Assembly: GCF_030028105.1 (NCBI RefSeq)
Contig: NC_092377.1
Span: forward strand, 97,966,865 to 98,030,864
Reading direction: 5' to 3'
Length of the DNA: 64,000 nucleotides
Origin: Mobula birostris
Taxonomy: Eukaryota
The notes below the pieces were generated by a model. That model was not told where the DNA came from. It searched no databases and saw nothing but the letters and a program-made list of their open reading frames with translations. Position 1 is the stretch's first letter; every line of letters begins with the position of its first letter. Both the position numbers and the translations under genes were made by a program. Shown in pieces: positions 34,943 to 48,624 of this stretch.

Positions 34943-37900
34943 CGGGGCCATGGGAGACAGACAAGTGGGTCACAGTCAGGAGGGGGAAGGGAAAGAGTCA
35001 GGTACTAGAGAGTACCCCTGTGGCTGTACCCCTTGACAATAAGTACTCCTGTTTGAGTACTGTTGGGGGGTACAGCCTACCTGGGGGAAGCAACAGTGGT
35101 CGTGCTTCTGGTACAGAGTCCAGCCCTGTGGCTCAGAAGGGAAGGGAAAGGAAGAGGAAGGCAGTAGTGATAGGGGTCTCTATAGTTAGGGGGTCAGACA
35201 GGTGACTCTGTGGACACAGGAAAGAAACTTGGATGGAAGTTTGCATCCCAGGTACAAGGGTCTGGGATGTTTCAGATCACGTCCAAGATATCCTGCAGTG
35301 GGGGGGGGGGGGTGATGGAGAACAGCCAGAGGTCATGGCACATATTGGTACCAATGACATAAGTAGGAAAAGGGAAGAGGTCCTGACAGCAGACTACAGG
35401 GAGTTAGGAAGGAAGTTGAGAAGCAGGACCGCAAAGGTAGTAATCTCAAGATTATTGCTTTTGCCACACGACAGTATAGGAGTAGAATAAGGTGGAGGAT
35501 AAATGCATGGCTGAGGGATTGGAGCAGGGGGCAGGGATTCAGATTTCTGAATCATTGGGACCTCTTTTGGGGCAGGAATGACCTGTACAAAAAGGATGGG
35601 TTGCACTTGAATCCCAGAGGGATTAATACCCTGGCAGGAAGGTTTGCTAAGGCTATTGGGGAGAGTTTAAACTAGAATTGTTGGGGGCTGGGAACCGAAC
35701 TGAAGAGACTGGGGAAGAGGCAGTTGGCTCAGAAAAAGAGAAAGCTTGTAGACAGTGCGAGACGGAGGATAGGCAGGTGATAGAGAGAGACGCGCTCAAA
35801 CCGATGGTTTGAGATGCGTCTATTTTAACGCAAGGAGTACTGTGAACAAAGCAGATGAGCTTAGAGCGTGGATCAGCACTTGGAGGTATGATGTGGTGGC
35901 TATTACAGAGATCTGGATGGCTCAGGGACAGGAATGGTTACTTCAAGTGCCGGGTTTTAGATGTTTCAGAAAGGACAGTGAGGGAGGCAAAAGAGGTGGG
36001 GGCGTGACACTTTTGATCAGAGATAGTGTCACGGCTGCAGAAAAGGTGGACGCCATGGAGGGATTGTCTACGGAGCCTCTGTGGGAGGAGGTTAGGAACA
36101 TGAAGGGGTCAATAACTTCACTGTGTGTTTTTTATAGGCTGCCCAATAGTAACAGTGATATCAAGGAGCAGATAGGGAAACAGATCCTGGAAAGGTGTAA
36201 TAATAAGAGAGTTGTCGTGATGGGAGATTCTAATTTCCCAAATATCGATTGGCATCTCCCTAGAACAAGGGGTTTAGATGGGGTGGAGTTTGTCAGGTGT
36301 GTTCAGGAAGGTTTCTTGACACAATATGGAGATAAGCCTACAAGAGGAGAGGCTGTACTTGATTTGGTATTAGGAAATGAACCTGGTCAGGTGTCAGATC
36401 TCTCAGTGCGGGAGCATTTTGGAGATACTGATTATAATTCTATCTCCTTTAGAATAGCCTTGGAGATAGATAAGATCAGTCAAGTTAGAAAAGCATTTAA
36501 TTGGAGTAAGGGGAATTGTGAGGCTATCAGGCAGGAAATTGGAAGCTTAAATTGGGAACAGATGTTCTCAGGGAAAAGTATGGAAGAAATGTGGCAAATG
36601 TTCAGGGCAAATGTGGAGTTCTGCATAGGTACATTCCAATGAGACAGGAAAGTTATGGTAGGGTACAGGAACCGTGGTGTACAAAGGCTGTATTAAACCT
36701 AGTCAAGAAGAAAAGAAAAGCTTAGAAAAGGTTCAGAGAGCTAGGTAATGTTAGAGATCTAGAAGATTATAAGGTTAACAGTAAGGTGCTTAAGAAGGAA
36801 ATTAGGAGAGCCAGAAGGGACCATGAGAAGGCCTTGGCGTGCAGGATTAAGGAAAACCCCAAGGCATTCTACAAGTATGTGAAGAGCAAGAGGATAAGAC
36901 GTGAAAGAATAGGACCTATCAAGTGTGACAGTGGGAAAGTGTGTATGGAACCGGAGGAAATAGCAGAGGTACTTAATGAATACTTTACTTCAGTATTCAC
37001 CATGGAAAGGGATCTTGGTGATTGTAGTGATGACTTGCAGCAGACTGAAAAGCTTGAGCATGTAGATATTAAGAAAGAGGATGTGCTGGAGGTTTTGGAA
37101 AGCATCAAGTTAGATATAAGTCACTGGGAACGGATGAGATGTACCCCAGGCTACTGTGGGAGGCGAGGGAGGAGATTGCTGAGTCTCTGGCGATGATCTT
37201 TGCATCATCAATGGGGACGGGAGAGGGTCCGGAGGATTGGAGGGTTGCGGATGTTGTTCCTGTATTTGAGAAAGGGAGTAGAGATAGCCCAGGAAGTTAT
37301 AGACCAGTGAGTCTTACTTCAGTGGTTGGTAAGCTGATGGAGAAGATCCTGAGAGGCAGGATTTATGAACATTTGGGGAGGTATCATATAATTAGGAATA
37401 GTCAGCATGGCTTTATCAAGAGCAGGTCGTGCTTTACAAACCTGATTGAATTTTTTGAGGATGTGACTAAACGCATTGATGAAGGAAGAGCAGTAGATGT
37501 AGTGTGTATGGATTTCAGCAAGGCATTTGATAAGGTACCTCATGCAAGGCTTATTGAGAAAATAAGGAGGCATGGGATCCAAGGGGATATTGCTTTGTGG
37601 ATCCAGAACTTGCTTGCCCACAGAAGGCAAAGAGTGGTTGTAGACTGGTCATTTTCTGCATGGAGGTCGGTGACCAGTGGTGTGCCTCATGGATCTGTTC
37701 TGGGACCCTTACTCTTCGTGATTTTTATAAATGACCTGTTTGAGGAAGTGGAGGAATGGGTTAGTAAGTTTGCTGATGACACAAAGGTTGGGGGTGTTGT
37801 GGATAGTGTGGAGGGCTGTCAGAGGTTACAGCAGGACATCAATAGGATGCAAAACTGGGCTGAGAAGTGGCAGATGGAGCTCAACCCAGGTAAGTGTGAA

Positions 37901-38603
37901 GTGGTTCATTTTGATAGGTCAAATATGATAGTGGGATATAGTATTAATGGTAAGACTCTTGGCAGTGTGGAAGGCATACGATGTATTGGCTTTCATCAAA
38001 TGTTGAATTGAACTTAGGAGCCCAGAGATAATGTTGCAGCTATATAGGACCCTGGTCAGACCCCCTTGGAGTACTGTGCTCAGTTCTGGTCGCCTCACTA
38101 CAGGAAGGATGTGGAAGCCATAGAAAAGGTGCAGAGGAGATTTAGAAGGATGTTGCCTGGAGTGGGGAACATGCCTGATGAAAACAGGTTGAGTGAACTC
38201 GGCCTTTTCTCCTTGGAGCGATGGAGGATGAGGGGTGACCTGATAGGGGTGTGTAAGATGATGAGAGGCATTGATTGTGTGGATCGTCAGAGGCTTTTTC
38301 CCAGGTCTGAAATGTTTGCCACAAGATGACGCAGTTTTAAGGTGCTGGGGAGTAGGTACAGAGGAGATGTCAGGGGTAAGTTTTTTACTCAGACGGTAGT
38401 GGGTGCATGGAATGGGCTGCCGGCAATAGTGGTGGAGGCGGATACGATAGGGTCTTTTAAGAGACTTTTGGATAGGTACATGAAGCTTAGAAAAATAGAG
38501 GGCTATGGGTAAGCCTAGTAATTTCTAAGGTAAGGACACGTTTGGCACAACTTTGTGGGCCGAAGGGCCTGTACTGAGCTGTAGGTTTTCTATGTTTCTA
38601 TGT
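34943..38603 (+). mobile_element. Younger CR1 (ORF1 3' part plus ORF2) inserted in host ORF2
   Basis: TSD AATTC (34938-34942, 38604-38608); esterase, endonuclease (YFNARS, VAITE, GDSNFP), RT (MDFSKAFDKV, KFADDTK), (tttctatg)n tail; frameshifted. Confidence 0.95.
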
Positions 38604-41252
38604 AATTCAGAATGTGTAGGAAAGGTACATCCTCAGGATGAAGAAGTATTCTGAAGGAAGAATGAGACAACTGTGGTTGACAAGGGAAGTCCAAGACAAC
38701 ATAAAAGAAAAAGAGAGGGGATATAATAGAGCAAAAATTTGTTGGAAGGTAGAGGATTGGGATGCTTTTAAAAACTAGCAGAAGACAACTGAAAATAGTC
38801 ATAAAGAGAGAAAAGATGAAATTTGAAAGTAAACTTGCCAATAATATAAAAGAGAATATATAAAGTGTTTTCCAGATATATAAGGAGTAAAAGAGAGATA
38901 TCACACCGCTGGAAAATGACGCTGGAGAGGTAGTAAAGCAGAAAAAGAAATGCGGAGAAATTTAATAAGTATTTTGCGCCAGCCTTCACTGTGGAAGACA
39001 CTAGCAGAATGCCAGAAGTGTAAGAGTGTCAGGGGACAGAAGTGAGTGCAATTGCTATTGCTAAGGAGAAGATGCTTGGGAAGCTGAAAAGTCAAGAGAG
39101 TAGATAAGTCACCTGGACCAGGTAGACTACACCCAAGGATTCTGAAGGACGTAGCTGAAGAGTTTATGGAGACATCAGTAATAATCTTTCAAGAATCACT
39201 AGAACCTGGAATGGTCTTGGAGTACTGGAAAATTACAAATGTCACTCCACTCTTTAAGAAAGATGGGAGACAAAAGAAAGAAAAGAGCCCATAGTATTGT
39301 AGGCAAGGTACAAGCATGGATAGAAGATTGACTGACTAGCAGGAGGCAAAGATTGGGAATAAAGGGGTTTTCGGTTGGCTGCCTGTGAGTAGTGTTGTGA
39401 CCCAGGGGTTGGTGTTTGGATTACTTCTCTTCACGTTATATGTCAAGGATTTGAATGAAGTAATTGACGGCTTAATGGTCAAGTTTGTGGATGATACAAA
39501 GATAGGTGGAGGGGCATGTAATGTTGAGGAAGCAGAGTGTCTACAGAAAGACTTAGACAGATTGCTAGAATGGGCAAAGAAGTGGCAGATGTAATATAGT
39601 GAGGGAAGTGCATGGTCATGCACTTCGGTAGAAGGAAAAAAGTCATGGTCTATTTTTGAAATGGGGATAAAAATCGAAAATCAGAGGTGCAAAGGGACTT
39701 GGAAGTCCTCGTGCAGAGTTCCTTAAAGGTTGACTTGCAGGTTGAATTGGTGGTAAGGAAGGCAAATGCAACGTTAGTATTCATTTTGAGAGGACTAGAA
39801 GCCAAAAGGAAGGATGTAATGCTGAGGCTTTATAAGGCATTAATCAGTCTGCACTTGGAGTATTGTGAGCAGTATTTAAGAAAATATGTGCTGGCATTGG
39901 AAAGGGTGCAGGTGCATTTCTCGAAAATTATCCCAGGAATGAAACGGTTAACATATGAGGAGCATTTGATAGCTCTGGGCCTGTACTCACTGGAGTTGAG
40001 AAGAGTGAGGAGGAATCTCATTGAAATCTATCGAATATTGAAAGTCCTAGATAGAGTGGATGTGGAAAGGATGTTTCCTATAGTGGAGGAGTCTAAGATC
40101 AGAAGGCACAGCCTCATCAGAGAAGAACATCCATTTAGAACAGAGGTGAGCAAAACTTTCTTTAGCCAGTGGATGGTGAACTTGTGGAATTAATTGCCTG
40201 AGTCGGCTGTGCAGACCAGGTCACTGGGTAGATTTAAGGCGGAGGTTGATAGGCTCTTGATTAATCAAGGTGCCAAAAGTTATGGGTCAGTATAAGAGAA
40301 TGGGGTTGGAAGGATAGTAAAAGAGCCATGATGGAAGTGGCGGAGCAGATGCAATGGGCTGAATGACCTAGTTCTGCTCCTATGTCTTATGGCGGTTGAA
40401 GGTTTGAAGCAGTGTATGTGCAATAATGGCAGGGTAGAAAATTGAGATAAAAGACCTGAGTGATTCTGTCCATTTTTTTTTCCAAATAATCTTTTTTTCC
40501 CTCTCTCATAAAGATTTAACAGCTACAGAAAACATAGATGAAATGTATCACCCCTATATATTGCAAGTCTGAAATAATCAGGCTGAAATGCAGCTGCACG
40601 AAGAGCTAGAGATTTTGGTGAGAACTTTGATTAACAACCTGTGTGTTGAACTCAATTGGCTTCTTTGGATTTTTGTTTCTGATCGCCCATTTATTTTGCT
40701 GCAGAGCTGCAATGACATACTTCTCTGCATCTGACAGCTGTACATCTCTGTGAGCAGTCACAGAGACAGAATATTTCAGCAAAGTGGCTCGCCTGTGCCA
40801 GATTCTTCTCCCCAAAAGACAGGAAGCTTGGTCTCTGCATTGCACTTTATCTAATGTTCCAATCCAAAGATGAATAAGATCACCAAAGTGGCACTGGGAC
40901 GCTGTTAACTGATCATCTCCTTGAGATTTTAATGTTGCTATTTATCTGGGTTGCTTTCAATTCTACTCACTATTATTTCAGTGTAACAAAATGTGTCCAG
41001 CTGATGGATAGAGTGTATCTGGTGAGAGAGGGATATGAAATAATGTATAGATATAGCTGAAGAGCAGTGGTATTAAGGAGGTGGGGACATGAGTAAGTGC
41101 ATTGTCAGAAAAGCATCTGCAACATAAGTGATGGTGTAGACTTGAGAAGGGAAAATGAGGAATGAAATGGTGTGCTTAGTTCAATGTTGGTAAATGTGCA
41201 ACTTTTCTGAATTATTTTAGTCATTAAACTGTATCAGGTATCAAACAACATA

Positions 41253-41815
41253 CACTCAGTGGCCATCTTATTAGGTACATCTGTACACCTTCATGTTAAT
41301 GCAAATATCTAATCAGCCAATCACGTGGCAACAACTCAATACATAAAAGTGTACAGACATGGTCAAGGAATTTAATTGTTGTTCAGATCAAACATCAGAA
41401 TGGGGAAGAAATGTGATCAAAGTTACTTTAACCATGAAATGATTGTTCGTGTCAAACAGAGTGATTTGAGTATCTCAGGAACTGCTGATCTCCTGGGATT
41501 TTCACGCACAAGTCTCTAGAGTTTATAGAGAATGGTGCGATGAACAATAAATACCATGAGTGGCAGTCCTATTGGTGAAAACACCTTGATAATGAGAGCG
41601 ATCAGAGGAGTATGACCAGGCTGGTTCAAACTGAGAGGAAGACAACAGGAACACAAATTGCCACACATACAACAGTGATGTGCAGAAGAGCATCTTTGAA
41701 CACAGAACATGTCAAACCTTGGAAGTGGAACGGCAACAGCAGTAGAAGACCATGAATATACATGCAGACATCGCTTTATTAAGTACAGAAGGTACCTAAT
41801 AAAGTGACCACTGCT
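41253..41815 (+). mobile_element. Complete copy of the ~560-bp Tc1-derived element
   Basis: TA + cactcagtggccatcttattaggtac ... gtacctaataaagtgaccactg; internal SISGTADLLGFSRT HTH remnant. Confidence 0.85.
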
Positions 41816-41859
41816 AGTTCTGTGTTTCTACACTCTATGTCACCTGTCAATGCCTTTGG

Positions 41860-42105
41860 CCTTTGACCATGCAGCGAAGGGCTATTATCTTGTCGGATCT
41901 CTAATTCCTCCCCACACCTATTCCTAAACCCAGATCTGCCCTCCAGCTCCCTCATGTCCCTGTTCCTAAACCCTCAACTGATCACTAACTCCCCTCTCTG
42001 TCCTCAAAGCCTATGGGCTTAAAAACAACTAAGGGTGAACCATGACCTTGAAAGAGACTGCAGCTCGATGTCATCTTGAGCCGAAGCCACCATCTTGACT
42101 GGAAA
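41860..42105 (-). mobile_element. 5' part of the non-coding element seen at 7074-7757
   Basis: Shared taactcccctctctg...ccatcttgactggaa. Confidence 0.6.
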
Positions 42106-43674
42106 CCTGGAGTTGCTGGAGCATTACTTATAAAAAAGGATTGCCACATGACAGAAAAATGCCTGCTTTGGAAAGAAAAGACATGTATTTAAATAGTCCT
42201 CTTCATGATGCCAGAATATCCCAAATCATTTTACAGCTAATAAATTAAACATGGAAAGCAGGCAAGCTTGATGCTGACAAAGTGGGCAATAGTGCTAATA
42301 TAGGTGTAGATAATTAAAATTCTCCACTGTATATTCAAGGATTGGGATCAGAAACGAAAGCTTTTCATCCAATTTCCCTTCAATTTACGTTAATCAGTTG
42401 CCCAATTTATAGCCTGATTTTAGTTGGTGTCTCCAGGAAGATTCAACTGCATATATTTTTGCTTTTTAGTTTTCTTGTAGAAGTCTCATCAAATGAATTT
42501 TCACTTAATGAAAGGGGCTGTTGCTTTGCATTTATTTAAACCTTTGTACCATTATTATTCTTAGCATGGAGAATCAGATAAGATTTTTTGTCAGGCGTAG
42601 GTTTTGATCAGACATTGGCTATATAATATTTATTAAGATATTTCATACAGACATTAAACAAAGATTCATAATAGGTTCATGCTTCATAAATGAACAAAAA
42701 ACATTGTATTATATATTATAGCAATATATGAACAATCTTTCAAGTATTTGAAGCCGTAAAGATTTATGTTTATTAGATTCACTGAAAGTCAGCAGAACTA
42801 AATTTTACTTTGATTGCTCTTTGACCAGATTTCTCATTGAATTTCTTTCCATATGTTACCCCTTTTTTGTTATCAAAAATCATTGATGTATTTAATGAAA
42901 ATGACTGCTTTCGTTCTATATTTGGAACTATTAAATCTGAGAAATATTTTTGAAAGTTGCAAGTGACATCTAATCCTTGTAAAAGAGCAAGTATCTTTGG
43001 TTCAGTCCATTGTTACAACACTGTAGCAATTTGAATTCCTAATAAATACTCCAACAGAATGAACAGAACAAGTTATAATTGGAAAACTCTGGAAAAAGTG
43101 ATGCCGGGTTAACTCACTCCAGTTAGTACAAGCGAACAACTGGAGGCCTATGCTGATGTAGGCCTGGCCTAAAACATTAAAGAGGGCGGAGGGATAAGAG
43201 CCTGCCTGGTGCCTCCAGTCATTACAGATATCATTACAAAACGATGAGAATTTTTCTGATGCCCATAACAGAAAAAGGTAAAGAACAACTACCCTGATTT
43301 TCTTTTATGGCTCTGGACATCCTAGCAGATGAGGTGGGGAGACTGAGAGAAGTTACTTAAGCAAGGATACACATGATACACAATGTGCAAGGGCATCTCT
43401 GATGAGGTCAGTGACAATGTAGCCAGGGTACGAATGCAATGTTGGAAAAGTTTAAGGGCCTTACTGATCTGGCTGGAAACAGTGAATAATAAAGTATCCT
43501 CTTTCTGAACAACTACATTACTTGTCACAATCACTGCATCGCCCACATCATTCACCAAACAACAATTTCTATTGATCAGGACTCCTACTTAGAACCACTC
43601 CAGCACTCACATTTTTATCTGAGCTTTCACGCACTCGCAGCCATTCAGTATCACCTCGACAACTGCAACAAAGT

Positions 43675-44315
43675 TAACATGAGAAAGTCTGCAGATGCTG
43701 GGAATCCAGAGCAACACACACAAAATGCTGGAGGAATTCAGCAGGTTCGGCAGCATCTATGAAATAGAGTAAACAGGCTGAGACCCTTCATCAGGACTGG
43801 AAAGGAAGGGGGAAGGGAAGGAGGATAGGTGAAGTCAGGTGGATGGGACAGCTAAAGTGCTGGAGAAGAAGGAATCTGATAGGAGAGGACAGTGGACCAT
43901 AGGACAAACGGAAGGAGGAGGGGACCCAGGGGGAACTGATAGGCAGATGAGAAGAGGTAAATGGTCAGCATGGGGAATAGAAGAAGGGGGAGGGAAAAGA
44001 AATATGTTTTCCGGTGGGAGAAATCGATATTCATGCCATCTTGTGCCAAGGTGTTGCTTCTGCGCTCTGAAGGTGGCTTCATCTTGGCACAAGAGGAGGC
44101 CATGGACCAACAGGTCTGAACAGGAATAGGACTTGGAATTAAAATATTTGGCCACCAGGAAGTTCCACTTTTAGCAGATGGAGCTGAGGTGTTCGACAAA
44201 GCGATCCTCCAATTTACGATGGGTCTCACCAGTGTAGAGGTGGCTGCATCAGGAGTACCAGACACAATAGACGATCACAGCCAATTCACAGATAAAGTGT
44301 TGCCTCACCTGGAAG
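43675..44315 (-). mobile_element. Penelope-like element 3' end: GIY-YIG endonuclease remnant plus terminal repeat
   Basis: Minus strand QVRQHFICE..VIVYCV...LYTGET...DRFVEHL...FNSKSYSCSDLLVHGL...DGMNIDFS, then ccagtcctgatgaagggtctcagcctg and the repeat shared by the palindromes. Confidence 0.9.
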
Positions 44316-45239
44316 GGAGGATGTGAATGGGCAGGGGTCTGAGACAGTTTTCTGGTTGTCCAGAGCGGGGTCCTCTTCGAGGGGTAGGTATGAAGAGGTG
44401 TCTGAGAGTTGCTGCCTGGACTCAGCAAGGTAGAGTTCAGTGTACTACAATACAACACTACCTCCCACTGTGAGGAAGCTAGCTCCATTGCAATACATTT
44501 GAATCCACCCATTATGCAACATTTGATTGCCAAGGTCCTGGCAAACACGTGAACGTCTCAGTGCTGCACTGGAAGCACTGGTTACCTCCACAGTGAAGCT
44601 CAGACTGTTGCCATCCCTACTGCTGATGTAAGTACTTAATTAGACTTTGAAAAACTCCAACAGAGCGCTGATGCATTGTCCAAGAAGGGCAGTGTCCATA
44701 TGGAACGGGAGTTGGAGGTTCTCTGTTGGAATGACAATCTTCTTGATCCCACATAGGCAAGTCCACCAGCGCCCTTAGTGTTGCCTGCCAATCAACTAGC
44801 TCAAAGTGCCACTGTTCTTTCTGAGACGGCGCAGTCCAAAGCGCCACTTCGGTGAACTACCACCTCAAAGAAAGATGTAGGCTCTGAGACACTCAAAGCC
44901 GTCCTTCACTACCATTTGCAGTCTCTTCCACTGCAAAGAGACAGGCTTCTATCAGCCTAGAAGCAGCCATAAAGGAGTACAATGCAGAAGCAATTGAATA
45001 GGCAAAACGATAGACAAGATAACAGAGTACAGATGTCACCAGATAGTCTTTACATGATGTTATTCTTCACTGAAATACTGAACTGATTTAGTTATATATT
45101 CACGATATGAGGAGGAACTGATGTTGAGATGATTGGAAGTAGGGTGAGTGTGATATCAGAACCATCGTGCAGTGAGGCATCTTTGTTAACAATGATTACT
45201 TAAGGGACGTAGCTGTAACTGGCAGGTCAACAGATAAAG

Positions 45240-45890
45240 AGAATCCCTTACTGGCCTTGAGAAGGTGGTGAGGATGTGCTTTTACAATGAAGGTATTCCT
45301 GCAATACTGTTAGGTAGAGACTGTGAAGATTTTTACCCTGCATCAAGTAAGATGTAGAGATACACTTAACAGTACAGGTTGACAGTACAGTTATCACAAT
45401 TTGTGGATTTTTGAGTTGTTTTCAAAGTTGTTGGTGAAGTCCTGCTGTGCGTATTTTGTAGCTGATACACACTACACCCTCAATGCACCAGTGGTAGAAG
45501 GAAATGTTCAGGCTCCCAATCAAGCAGGCTGCTTCCTACCGAATGATGGCAGGTTTTTACCAAGTTGTTGAAGCTACACATCCATGCAGGCAGAGACTGG
45601 ATAGCCTTGTGTATAGTGGGAAAACTTCTTGGAGCCTGAAGATGTCTCTTGCTGTAGAATGTCCAATGTCTAAACTTCCCCTAGAGCTACAATAGTTATG
45701 TATCTGGGTTTGGATAGGTTTCTGCTCAATGAATGCAACCTACGGTTTAATTGATATTTAGGATGATTTGGTGATGGTGGTTAGTGGAAAGTTGTTAGAT
45801 TTTTTTTTTGTCAGAGAAGGTCATTTGCAGCTATTTTGCCCAACCCTGAATGTTGTGTAGTCTTTGGCTCAGGAGAGGACAGGCTGCTTG
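45240..45890 (-). mobile_element. Old CR1/L2-group LINE 3' portion
   Basis: ccttgagaaggtggtg..., antisense of the family at 2420-2703. Confidence 0.55.
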
Positions 45891-45934
45891 ACTCTGTGCT
45901 CACACTTCTAAATAAAACCCCAGTGTGGTTGATT

Positions 45935-46088
45935 ATACCTACAGACCAAAGATGTACTTGTTAGGCAGTTAATTGGTCATTATAAATTGTCCTGTGATGA
46001 TCCTAGTATTAAAATAGGTCGATTACCTGGTGGCATGGCTCGTTGGCTGGAAGGGCCTGTCCTGCCCAGTATCTCTAAATAAAATTCA
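45935..46088 (+). mobile_element. HE1-like V-SINE 3' half
   Basis: ccaaagatgtac...ttaattggtcattataaattgtcctgtga...ggaagggcctg...tctctaaataaaa. Confidence 0.75.
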
Positions 46089-46095
46089 GTAAAGT

Positions 46096-46300
46096 AAATG
46101 CTGGAGGGACTCAGCAAGCAGGCAGCATCTATGGAGAGGAATAAAGGGTCAAGCTTTCAGTCGAAGACCCATCACGAATAGTCTCAGCCTGAAACGTCGA
46201 CTGTTTATTCCTTTCCATAGATGCTGCCTGGCCTGCTGAGTTCCTCCAGCATTCTGTATGTGTTGCTTTGGACTTCCAGCATCTGTAGAATCTCTTGTGT
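46096..46300. mobile_element. Palindromic Penelope terminal-repeat insertion
   Basis: Inverted arms; right arm keeps gtctcagcctgaaacgtcgactg but has lost the CTGANGA box at the junction. Confidence 0.85.
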
Positions 46301-46399
46301 TGATGCAGTTCTACACCTTATCCATGGGAAGCCTCTTGTCATTGGCACTTTACTCCCTCCTGTTTTATTCTCTTGTGATACAAGGGTGTGCAACAGTTT

Positions 46400-47130
46400 C
46401 AGAGTCACAGAGGACTAAAGCACAGAAACAGGCAGTTCAGCCCATCTAGTCCTTGTCAAGCTATTATGCTGCCTAGTCCCATCAACCTGTATCCATACCA
46501 GAACCCTCCATAACCCCTCCCCCAATCGATGTATGTAGCCAAATTTCTCTTATATGTTGATATTACTTGTTTAAGAATGTGGTGTCTACATAATACCTAG
46601 CTTCTGGACAATGACTGAAACAAAGGATTCAGGAACATAATGATATGAAACACCACATTCTTAAACAAATAATATCAACATATAAGGGAAATTTCAAAGA
46701 CTTGAAGTATATTATCAAAGAATGTATAAATTATACAACCTTGAGATTTGTTTGCACACAGGTAGCCTCAAAGCAAGAAACCCAAAAGACCCCAGTTAAA
46801 GAAAAAAAAAGACCAATACCTGATGTGCAATAGAAAGAAATAAAAAACAAATCATGCAAACAATTAAAGCAAACAACAATAATCTGAACCTAAATTGAGT
46901 CCTCAAATCTGAACCCCGGATCAATGCGGAGTAGGCCCAAAGCCTTGCTTAATAGTGAGGCTGATTAAATTTGTCTTGGTACATGGATATGAGAGTGTTA
47001 GGGAGCAGAAGTGAGTGTAGTTGCTTTACTAAGAAGATGCTTGGGAAATTGAAAGGCTTGATGGAATGCTGGAGTAGAATCGATGGGCTGAATAGCCTAA
47101 TTCTGCTCCTAGTCTTATGGTCTTATGTAC
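46400..47130. mobile_element. Cluster of short LINE-derived fragments (CR1 tail -, Rex1-tailed element -, CR1 +)
   Basis: 46400-46565 matches 4558-4768; 46690-46950 is antisense of ~18780-19020; 46990-47127 ends in a CR1 tail. Confidence 0.65.
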
Positions 47131-47289
47131 CTTCAGACTAATCCAGGTTTCAAGCATTTGTTCTTTTTTGGAAATGTCCACCAGATTATTAACAACTTTC
47201 ATTATGAGAGTACTTCGCTCTTGCTGCTAGAACCCCGACTGAGGACAGAGTGGAAGGATAGGAGAAAAGGATAACAAAGTGATCAGATT

Positions 47290-47580
47290 TGGGGGGGGGG
47301 GTGAATTTCAGAGCTTAGAATCTGAGGAATTGAAATGGTGGAGTGCTGAAATCATGCGTGAAGTATTGGACGACTGCAAAGGTCGCTTTAGATTAGTGGC
47401 TGGAACAGACACAAATGGAATGAAGGGAGAGGAAATGTAGGAACTAAAATACCATATTGAGAATGTTTCAGTGATTCATTGCTGGAATGAGAACCACTGT
47501 GGCTTAGAGATTGCAAGGTAATTGTTGCAACATTTTAGATAAACTCTGGTTTGTGAAGGTTTGGTGGGCAGGCTAACGTA
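47290..47580 (-). mobile_element. Ancient L2 LINE remnant
   Basis: gggtgaatttcagagcttag...aaatggtggag resembles degenerate L2 3' ORF antisense. Confidence 0.45.
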
Positions 47581-48129
47581 TTACTATCAGACCCAGACAT
47601 GCCTTTGAATTTTACATTTTAGTTTCAGCCTTGTCTAAATTCTTGCTGCCCATCACACGTAATTAAAATGCTTGATGGAGCTCCATTTGGGGTGATGACA
47701 TTGGGGCAGTGATCATTGGTTGCCAGGTAACAGAATGTGCACATACAATTCTTTGAAAGCTTGTCAAAAGAGAACCAAGCTGTCTGTGATCCACGTCTCT
47801 GACCAACAAGCTGTTGTTCATGATTGGTCAGGAATGATGTAATGATTTGTAGTTTTTATTTAAAAAATTCTTAACGAAGCATTTCCCACGATTCCGATGC
47901 CAGAAGGGATTGTGGAATGCTTTCTGGGTTCATCTTAAGAGTCCAGTGAAAACAATCACTATTGTGTAACTTTTCAATGGAGTACTTTTTTGATTACAGC
48001 CCTGCCTGAAAATGTTCAAATTTACTCTTAGACCTTAAATTGAAAATTAACGGATGTTGAGAATATCTAATTAAGATCAAAATTTTGAGGCAATTCCGAA
48101 GGTGTGCGAGGGAAGACAGAATTAGGCTT

Positions 48130-48255
48130 AGAGACACAAGAGACTGCAGATGTTGGAATCTGGTTCCTCCACCTACCTGCTGGAGGAACTCAGCAGGTCA
48201 GGCAGCAAATATGGAGGTGGAGAACATCTCAGGTTGAGACCCTGCACCGGTCCTG
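48130..48255 (-). mobile_element. Penelope terminal repeat (single arm)
   Basis: acacaagagactgcagatgttggaatc...tgctggaggaactcagcagg...gagaccctgca. Confidence 0.75.
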
Positions 48256-48485
48256 CAGCAGTTTATTTTCTGCTTGCTTCAGAATCAGATTTGGTTGAGT
48301 TGATCAATTTGTGAAAAAGCTTCTGGGGCCGTAGTGCCTTGCCTTAAAACATGATTTGATTTGTGTCAGGCATTGGAGCGTTTGCTAGTAATAATGGAAC
48401 TCCTTTGCAGTATAAGCTTCGACCTTTGGGGAGAAGCAGGATAACGGAGAACTGTATTGAAAGCTAGTTGTTGTTTCTTCTAATG

Positions 48486-48564
48486 CAGGGTTCCCATCCT
48501 GGGTTCCACAGATCCCTCGGTTAGTGGTAGGGGTCTATGGCATGAAAAAGGTTGGGAACCCCTG
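48486..48564. mobile_element. 79-bp hAT (Charlie-like) MITE
   Basis: cagggttcccatcct / aggttgggaacccctg; 8-bp TSD ttctaatg/ttctaatt. Confidence 0.8.
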
Positions 48565-48624
48565 TTCTAATTCAATGCTTGTGCAGGGCTGGGATTATTT
48601 ATTGACAATGAAGCCTTTTAACAG

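Larger units (their letters stand above)
31445..40392 (+). mobile_element. Near full-length degenerate CR1 LINE hosting three insertions
   Basis: ORF1 zinc-finger remnant ~31655, SGNH esterase (GDSI, CLPGA, HIGTKD, HLN; 33268-33744), endonuclease from ~33950, RT end (KFVDDTK) with internal deletion near 39285, tail tcctatgtcttatgg. Confidence 0.9.

Noticed and set aside
35809-38011. Long endonuclease/RT ORFs as an active or domesticated gene
   Set aside because: Broken by frameshifts, stops and a deletion; ordinary decayed CR1.
40606-40845. 79-aa minus-strand ORF in unique sequence
   Set aside because: No recognisable domain or exon boundaries.
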